A stretch of 4,062 bases of DNA. Source: a virus (Duplodnaviria > Heunggongvirae > Uroviricota > Caudoviricetes). Of this stretch, positions 1 through 4,062 are shown one piece after another. Each line of letters begins with the position of its first letter. The stretch's first letter is position 1. A program made the translations under genes and the position numbers. The notes beneath the pieces are model-generated. The model made no database searches. It was not told where the DNA came from and was given only the letters and a program-made list of their open reading frames with translations. The DNA lies in IMG/VR virus record IMGVR_UViG_2713896777_000014. One strand, given 5' to 3'.

Positions 1-1
1 C

Positions 2-2732
2 AACAACCCGGCCTGGTGCCTGTGGGACATGCTGACTCACCCGCGCTACGGCATGGGAAAACGCCTGGGGGCCGCGGATGTGGACAAGTGGGCGCTGTAT
101 GCCATCGGGCAGTACTGTGACCAGCGTGTCCCGGACGGCTTCGGAGGGACAGAGCCGCGGATGACCTTTAATGCGTACCTGTCACAACAGCGTAAGGCGT
201 GGGACGTTCTCNNNNNNNNNNNNNNNNNNNNNNNNNNNNNGCAGAACGGCTGGCAGACCTCCACGGAACTGGTGGAAGACCCGGAAGCCATACTGCGCTA
301 CGGGCGCAACCTGCTGAAGATGGATGCGTTCGGTTGCACCAGTCGCGGTCAGGCCCACCGTGCCGGGCTGTGGGTGATAAAGACCGGACTGCTGGAAACG
401 CAGACGGTGGATTTCACGCTCGGGTCACAGGGGCTGCGTCACACACCCGGNGACATNATTGAAATCTGTGATAACGACTANGCCGGNACCATGACCGGCG
501 GACGTNTCCTGTCCATCGATGCCGCCAGCCGCACCCTGACACTGGACCGTGAGGTGACCCTGCCGGAGACAGGTGCCGCCACGGTGAACCTGATTAACGG
601 CAGCGGTAAGCCGGTGAGCGTGGCCATCACTGCACACCCCGCGCCGGACCGGATACAGGTCAGCACCCTGCCTGATGGTGTGGAGACATACGGTGTATGG
701 GGACTCTCCCTGCCGTCACTGCGTCGTCGCCTGTTCCGCTGTGTTTCCATCCGGGAAAACACGGACGGCACCTTTGCCATCACGGCGGTGCAGCACGTAC
801 CGGAAAAAGAAGCCATCGTGGATAACGGGGCCAGCTTTGAGCCGCAGTCAGGCACCCTGAACAGCGTTATTCCACCGGCAGTGCAGCACCTGACGGTGGA
901 GGTGAGCGCGGCTGACGGTCAGTATCTGGCACAGGCGAAATGGGACACGCCGCGGGTGGTGAAGGGTGTGCGCTTCAGTCTGCGCCTGACCAGCGGAAGC
1001 GGAGAAGACAGCCGTCTGGTGACCACCGCCATCACTGCGGATACAGAGNNNNNNNNNNNNNNNNNNNNNNNNNNNNNNNNNNNNNNNNNNNNNNNNNNCA
1101 TCCCTCCGGCAGTGCAGCACCTGACGGTGGAGGTGAGCGCAGCTGACGGCCAGTATCTGGCGCAGGCGAAATGGGACACGCCGCGGGTGGTGAAGGGCGT
1201 GCGCTTCAGTCTGCGCCTGACCAGTGGAAGCGGTCAGGACAGCCGTCTGGTGACCACCGCCATCACCGCGGATACAGAGCACCGTTTCAGCGGTCTGCCG
1301 CCGGGGGAATACACCCTGACGGTCAGGGCGATTAACAGTTATGGCCAGCAGGGGGAACCGGCCACCACCACGTTCAGGATTAATGCACCTGCGGTACCCG
1401 CCACGATTGAGCTGACACCGGGCTATTTTCAGATAACAGCGGTCCCGCGTCTTGCGGTGTATGACCCGACGGTACAGTTTGAGTTCTGGTTTTCGGAGNC
1501 AAAAATCGCAGACANATCTCAGGTGGAAACCTCTGCCCGTTATCTGGGGACCGGCAGTCAGTGGAGTGTATCCGGCCCGCACATTAAGCCCGGGAAGGAT
1601 TTCTGGTTTTACGTGCGCAGCGTCAACCTGGTGGGGAAATCTGCTTTTGTGGAAGCCAGTGGCCGGGCCAGCAATGATGCAGAAGGGTATCTGGGGCTGT
1701 TTCGGGAAAAAATAGGAAAACTGCATCTGGCTCAGGGGCTGTGGGAGCTGATAGACAACAGCCAGCTTGCGGATGAGATGGCGGAGATGAAGACCNNNNN
1801 NNNNNNNNNNNNNNNNNNNNNNNNNNNNNNNNNNNNNNNNNNNNNNNNNNGACCAGAGCGCCACCATACAGCAGATACAGCGCGTGCAGAAGGACACAAA
1901 TGATGACCTTGCTGCACTTTACATGCTGAAGGTACAGAAAACAAAAAATGGCATACCCTATGTTGCCGGTATTGGAGCGGGGATTGAGGATACTGATGGC
2001 CAGCCCCTGAGCAACATACTGCTGCTGGCTGACCGTATTGCGATGATTAACCCGGAGGACGGCAACACCACGCCGTTATTTGTGGCGCAGGGGAATCAGT
2101 TGTTCATGAACGATGTGTTCCTGAAGCGGCTGTTTGCGGTGAGTATCACCTCGTCCGGCAATCCCCCGACGTTTTCCCTGACGCCGGAGGGCAGGCTGAC
2201 CGCAAGAAATGCTGATATCAGCGGAGCAATTACCGCGAATACCGGCACGCTCAATAATGTCACCATTAACGAGAACTGTGTCATCAGAGGGAAACTGTCT
2301 GCAAACCAGATTGAAGGCGACCTGGTGAAGACGGTGGGGAAAGCCTTTCCCCGGAATAACAGTTATGCCAGCGGGACGGTAACCGTCACAGTTTACGATG
2401 ACCAGGGATTCGACCGGCAGATTATCATTCCCCCGGTGCTGTTTCGCGGGACGAAACACCAGAATTTCAACAGCCCGAATCAGCAGTCGTACTGGTATTC
2501 CACCTGTAAGCTGCAGGTGCTGAAGAACGGGGTTGAGATTTTCCATGAACCGGCAACGGATGTCAGCCGGGTGTTCTCATCGGTGATAGATATGCCGGCA
2601 GGGCGGGGTCATGTCACCCTGACGTTTAATGTGTCGTCGGCCGGTGCGAACAACTGGACGCCGACAACGTACATCAGTGATTTACTGGTTGTGGTCATGA
2701 AAAAATCCACGGCAGGGATCAGTATCAGCTGA
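2..2732 (+). CDS. J: Host-specificity / central tail fiber protein J (lambda gpJ family), 5'-partial. Read in the frame of 29 up to 1795, then in the frame of 1851 from 1851 to the TGA at 2730-2732; the frame break coincides with the N-run 1796-1850.
   Basis: The open frame runs from the window edge and translates to [33 protein letters not shown]..., ...[14 protein letters not shown]..., ...[30 protein letters not shown]..., ...[18 protein letters not shown]... and a C-terminus ...[13 protein letters not shown]...AGISIS. These match, from memory, conserved blocks of phage lambda J including its fibronectin-III-like region and C-terminal receptor-binding domain. Gene order J-lom-stf supports the call. 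Confidence 0.9.
212..240. other. Run of 29 undetermined bases (N) inside J
   Basis: Directly visible; J frame is maintained across it. Confidence 1.
869..1048 (+). repeat. Copy 1 of an in-frame direct repeat inside J, encoding [60 protein letters not shown]. Followed immediately by the N-run 1049-1098.
   Basis: Direct comparison with 1100-1279: 180 nt with 11 mismatches, 231 nt downstream (a multiple of 3). Confidence 0.85.
1049..1098. other. Run of 50 undetermined bases (N) inside J, between the two repeat copies
   Basis: Directly visible; J frame is maintained across it (50 N + 1 base = 17 codons). Confidence 1.
1100..1279 (+). repeat. Copy 2 of the in-frame direct repeat inside J (same 60 aa with one E->Q change). 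It continues into the rest of a fibronectin-III-like domain ([37 protein letters not shown]).
   Basis: Aligns base-for-base with 869-1048. Differences are mostly third-position: att/atc, cca/cct, gcg/gca, ggt/ggc, gca/gcg, ggt/ggc, agc/agt, gga/ggt, act/acc, plus gaa/cag. Confidence 0.85.
1796..1850. other. Run of 55 undetermined bases (N) inside J; the J frame shifts by +1 across it
   Basis: Directly visible. Upstream codons are in phase with 29, downstream codons in phase with 1851. Confidence 1.
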
Positions 2733-2750
2733 CGGTTTATTAACCCGGAC

Positions 2751-2778
2751 GGGCACCTCAGGAGGTGCCTTTTTTATT
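2751..2778 (+). terminator. Rho-independent terminator downstream of J (tJ-like)
   Basis: GGCACCT (2752-2758) pairs with AGGTGCC (2763-2769) around a 4-nt loop CAGG, followed by T-run 2770-2775 (TTTTTTATT). Sits 19 nt after the J stop. Confidence 0.7.
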
Positions 2779-2788
2779 GACTGAAAAC

Positions 2789-2794
2789 GAGAGG
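2789..2794 (+). promoter_or_regulatory. Shine-Dalgarno sequence for lom (GAGAGG), 5 nt upstream of the ATG at 2800
   Basis: Purine-rich GAGAGG with canonical spacing to the start codon. Confidence 0.6.
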
Positions 2795-2799
2795 TCATC

Positions 2800-2871
2800 A
2801 TGCGACATTTATACGGAGCCATTTTATTCTGGACCGCACTGCTGACAGGCATTTCCCTTCCTGCACAGGCT
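2800..2871 (+). other. Predicted Sec signal peptide of Lom (24 aa, cleavage after AQA)
   Basis: Basic n-region (MRH), hydrophobic core LYGAILFWTALLTGISL, and an A-x-A motif (AQA) before ESGHG. Confidence 0.6.
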
Positions 2872-3423
2872 GAAAGCGGACACGGTGCATTTTCCGTGGG
2901 ATATGCTCAGGTTCACCCGGGCGGCGTACCGGCATTGTCCGGTACCGGTGCGCGTGCAGGTGATTTAAAAGGGATTAATGTGAAATACCGTTATGAGTTC
3001 ACGGATCACCTGGGCGGCATTGTCGCGCTGAGTTATGCATCGGTGAAGAAAAGTGACACGATGAAGACGGGTGAAAATACCTTCCATTATGAAAGCCTGC
3101 GCGGTCGTTATGTCAGTCTGATGGCCGGCCCTGTCTGGCAGCTCAGTGAGCGGGTCAGTCTCTATGGCATGGCCGGGATGGCGTACACCCGCTGGTCTGA
3201 CAGTGTTCAGGATTACCGGCGTGATGAAGTGAAACCGGGGTATGTGAAGGAGACCACCACCGCCAGTGATGGTCATACTGCGCGTCATCTGTCGCCGGCC
3301 TGGAATGCCGGGATTCAGTTCAGTCCCGTAGAGACGGTGGTTATTGACCTTGCTTATGAAGGTTCCGGCAGTGGCGACTGGCGCACTGACGGCTTCATCG
3401 TGGGTGTCGGTCATAAGTTCTGA
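2800..3423 (+). CDS. lom: Lom-like outer-membrane beta-barrel protein (Ail/Lom/OmpX/PagC family), 207 aa; prophage lysogenic-conversion (moron) gene
   Basis: ORF 2800-3423 with RBS. N-terminal signal peptide MRHLYGAILFWTALLTGISLPAQA. Motifs GINVKYRYEFTD and DLAYEGSGSGDWRTDGFIVGVGHKF match lambda Lom as I recall it. C-terminal Phe is typical of an outer-membrane beta-barrel sorting signal. Position between J and stf is as in lambda. Confidence 0.9.
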   Translation: MRHLYGAILFWTALLTGISLPAQAESGHGAFSVGYAQVHPGGVPALSGTGARAGDLKGINVKYRYEFTDHLGGIVALSYASVKKSDTMKTGENTFHYESLRGRYVSLMAGPVWQLSERVSLYGMAGMAYTRWSDSVQDYRRDEVKPGYVKETTTASDGHTARHLSPAWNAGIQFSPVETVVIDLAYEGSGSGDWRTDGFIVGVGHKF

Positions 3424-3449
3424 TTAGCCAGGTAACACAGTGTTATGAC

Positions 3450-3475
3450 AGCCCGCCGGTTCAGGCGGGCTTTTT
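3450..3475 (+). terminator. Rho-independent terminator downstream of lom
   Basis: AGCCCGCC (3450-3457) pairs with GGCGGGCT (3464-3471) around loop GGTTCA, followed by TTTTT (3471-3475). It abuts the N-run, so the 3' extent of the T-tract is unknown. Confidence 0.7.
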
Positions 3476-3525
3476 NNNNNNNNNNNNNNNNNNNNNNNNN
3501 NNNNNNNNNNNNNNNNNNNNNNNNN
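3476..3525. other. Run of 50 undetermined bases (N) in the lom-stf intergenic region
   Basis: Directly visible. Masks most of the 114-nt spacer, including any stf promoter or upstream signals. Confidence 1.
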
Positions 3526-3528
3526 TGT

Positions 3529-3535
3529 GGGGTGA
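3529..3535 (+). promoter_or_regulatory. Weak candidate Shine-Dalgarno sequence (GGGGTGA) upstream of the stf ATG
   Basis: G-rich stretch 3-9 nt upstream of ATG 3538; imperfect match to AGGAGG. Upstream context is masked. Confidence 0.35.
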
Positions 3536-3537
3536 AT

Positions 3538-4062
3538 ATGGCAGTAAAGATTTCAGGTGTACTGAAAGACGGCACAGGAAAACCGGTAGAGAACTGCACC
3601 ATTCAACTGAAAGCCAGACGGACCAGCAGCACGGTGGTGGTGAACACGGTGGCCTCTGAAAATCCGGATGAAGCCGGTCGTTACAGCATGGACGTTGAGT
3701 ACGGTCAGTACAGCGTCATTCTGTTGGTGGANGGNTTCCCGCCGTCACATGCCGGGACCATCACCGTGTATGAAGATTCTCAACCGGGGACGCTGAATGA
3801 TTTTCTCGGTGCCATGTCGGAGGATGACGTCCGGCCGGAGGCACTGCGTCGTTTTGAACTGATGTTGGAAGAAGCGGCGCGTCACGCTGAGGAGGCGAAG
3901 AAGAATGCCGGAGAGGCGGAGACGTCCGCGAGGAATGCCGGCATATCAGCCAGTCAGGCAGAAGAGAGCGCTGCACATGCTGACACTTCAGCAGGGGATG
4001 CATCGGAGTCAGCCCGGCAGGCGGCAGAAAGTGCAGCCGCTGCAAAGCAGTCAGAGGAGGCG
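3538..4062 (+). CDS. stf: Side tail fiber protein Stf, N-terminal 175 codons (3'-partial, runs off the window)
   Basis: ATG at 3538 opens a frame with no stop to the window end (not in the ORF track because it has no stop). Translation MAVKISGVLKDGTGKPVENCTIQLKARRTSSTVVVNTVASENPDEAGRYSMDVEYGQYSVILLV..FPPSHAGTITVYEDSQPGTLNDFLGAM...PEALRRFELM... closely matches the lambda Stf N-terminus as I recall it, followed by an Ala/Glu/Ser-rich segment. Confidence 0.85.
   Translation, partial: MAVKISGVLKDGTGKPVENCTIQLKARRTSSTVVVNTVASENPDEAGRYSMDVEYGQYSVILLVXXFPPSHAGTITVYEDSQPGTLNDFLGAMSEDDVRPEALRRFELMLEEAARHAEEAKKNAGEAETSARNAGISASQAEESAAHADTSAGDASESARQAAESAAAAKQSEEA

Noticed and set aside
869-1279. Diversity-generating retroelement (template/variable repeat pair) acting on the tail fiber
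   Set aside because: The differences between the two copies are not adenine-specific (they include T/C, G/A and A/T changes). Both copies are in frame within the same gene, and no reverse transcriptase is present in the window.
1796-1850. Programmed ribosomal frameshift in J
   Set aside because: No slippery heptamer is visible on the unmasked flanks, and J is not known to use frameshifting. A masked length that is not a multiple of 3 explains the +1 shift more simply.
848-1897. 349-aa minus-strand ORF, plus smaller minus-strand ORFs at 46..291, 425..637, 478..855, 919..1179, 1732..1944, 2076..2546 and 2096..2284, and plus-strand alternate-frame ORFs at 199..462, 675..860, 940..1146 and 1452..1715
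   Set aside because: All lie wholly inside the J coding region, antisense or out of frame. Several are held open only by N-runs translated as X. None shows a recognisable protein signature, whereas the J frame has strong, continuous homology.
2777-2782. TTGACT -35-like hexamer just after the tJ terminator, as a possible lom promoter
   Set aside because: No acceptable -10 hexamer follows at 16-18 nt spacing; that position overlaps the lom start codon (CATGCG). Any lom promoter is more likely further upstream, within the 3' end of J.
2965-3414. 149-aa minus-strand ORF
   Set aside because: Entirely antisense to lom, which has an RBS, a signal peptide and conserved Lom motifs. No independent start signal.
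3411-3602. 63-aa minus-strand ORF
   Set aside because: Most of its length is N-run translated as X; it spans the lom terminator and the stf start. An artifact of masking.
3761-4045. 94-aa minus-strand ORF
   Set aside because: Antisense to the stf N-terminus. Its Pro/Ser/Arg-rich composition is what the reverse complement of an Ala/Glu-rich GC-rich coding segment gives.
1-4062. CRISPR arrays, tRNA or other RNA genes, IS elements, integrase/attachment sites, toxin-antitoxin or defence-system genes
   Set aside because: None seen. The window is fully accounted for by J, lom, stf and two short intergenic spacers; the only repeats are the intragenic J duplication and low-complexity coding sequence in stf.

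Overview
This window is a canonical lambdoid (lambda-like siphovirus) prophage tail-tip module on the + strand, not a novel system. It holds the 3' ~2.7 kb of the central tail fiber/host-specificity gene J (5'-truncated by the window edge), a hairpin terminator, the lysogenic-conversion outer-membrane protein gene lom with its own RBS and signal peptide, a second terminator, and the 5' 525 nt of the side tail fiber gene stf running off the 3' edge. All identifications rest on my reading of the translated frames against remembered lambda J, Lom and Stf proteins; no database search was run. Four long N-runs (212-240, 1049-1098, 1796-1850, 3476-3525) and nine isolated Ns interrupt the sequence and limit what can be said. 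The points most worth a second look are an in-frame, diverged tandem duplication inside J flanking one N-run, and a +1 frame discontinuity in J across another N-run. Minus-strand ORFs in the track are all antisense to these genes and are treated as artifacts.
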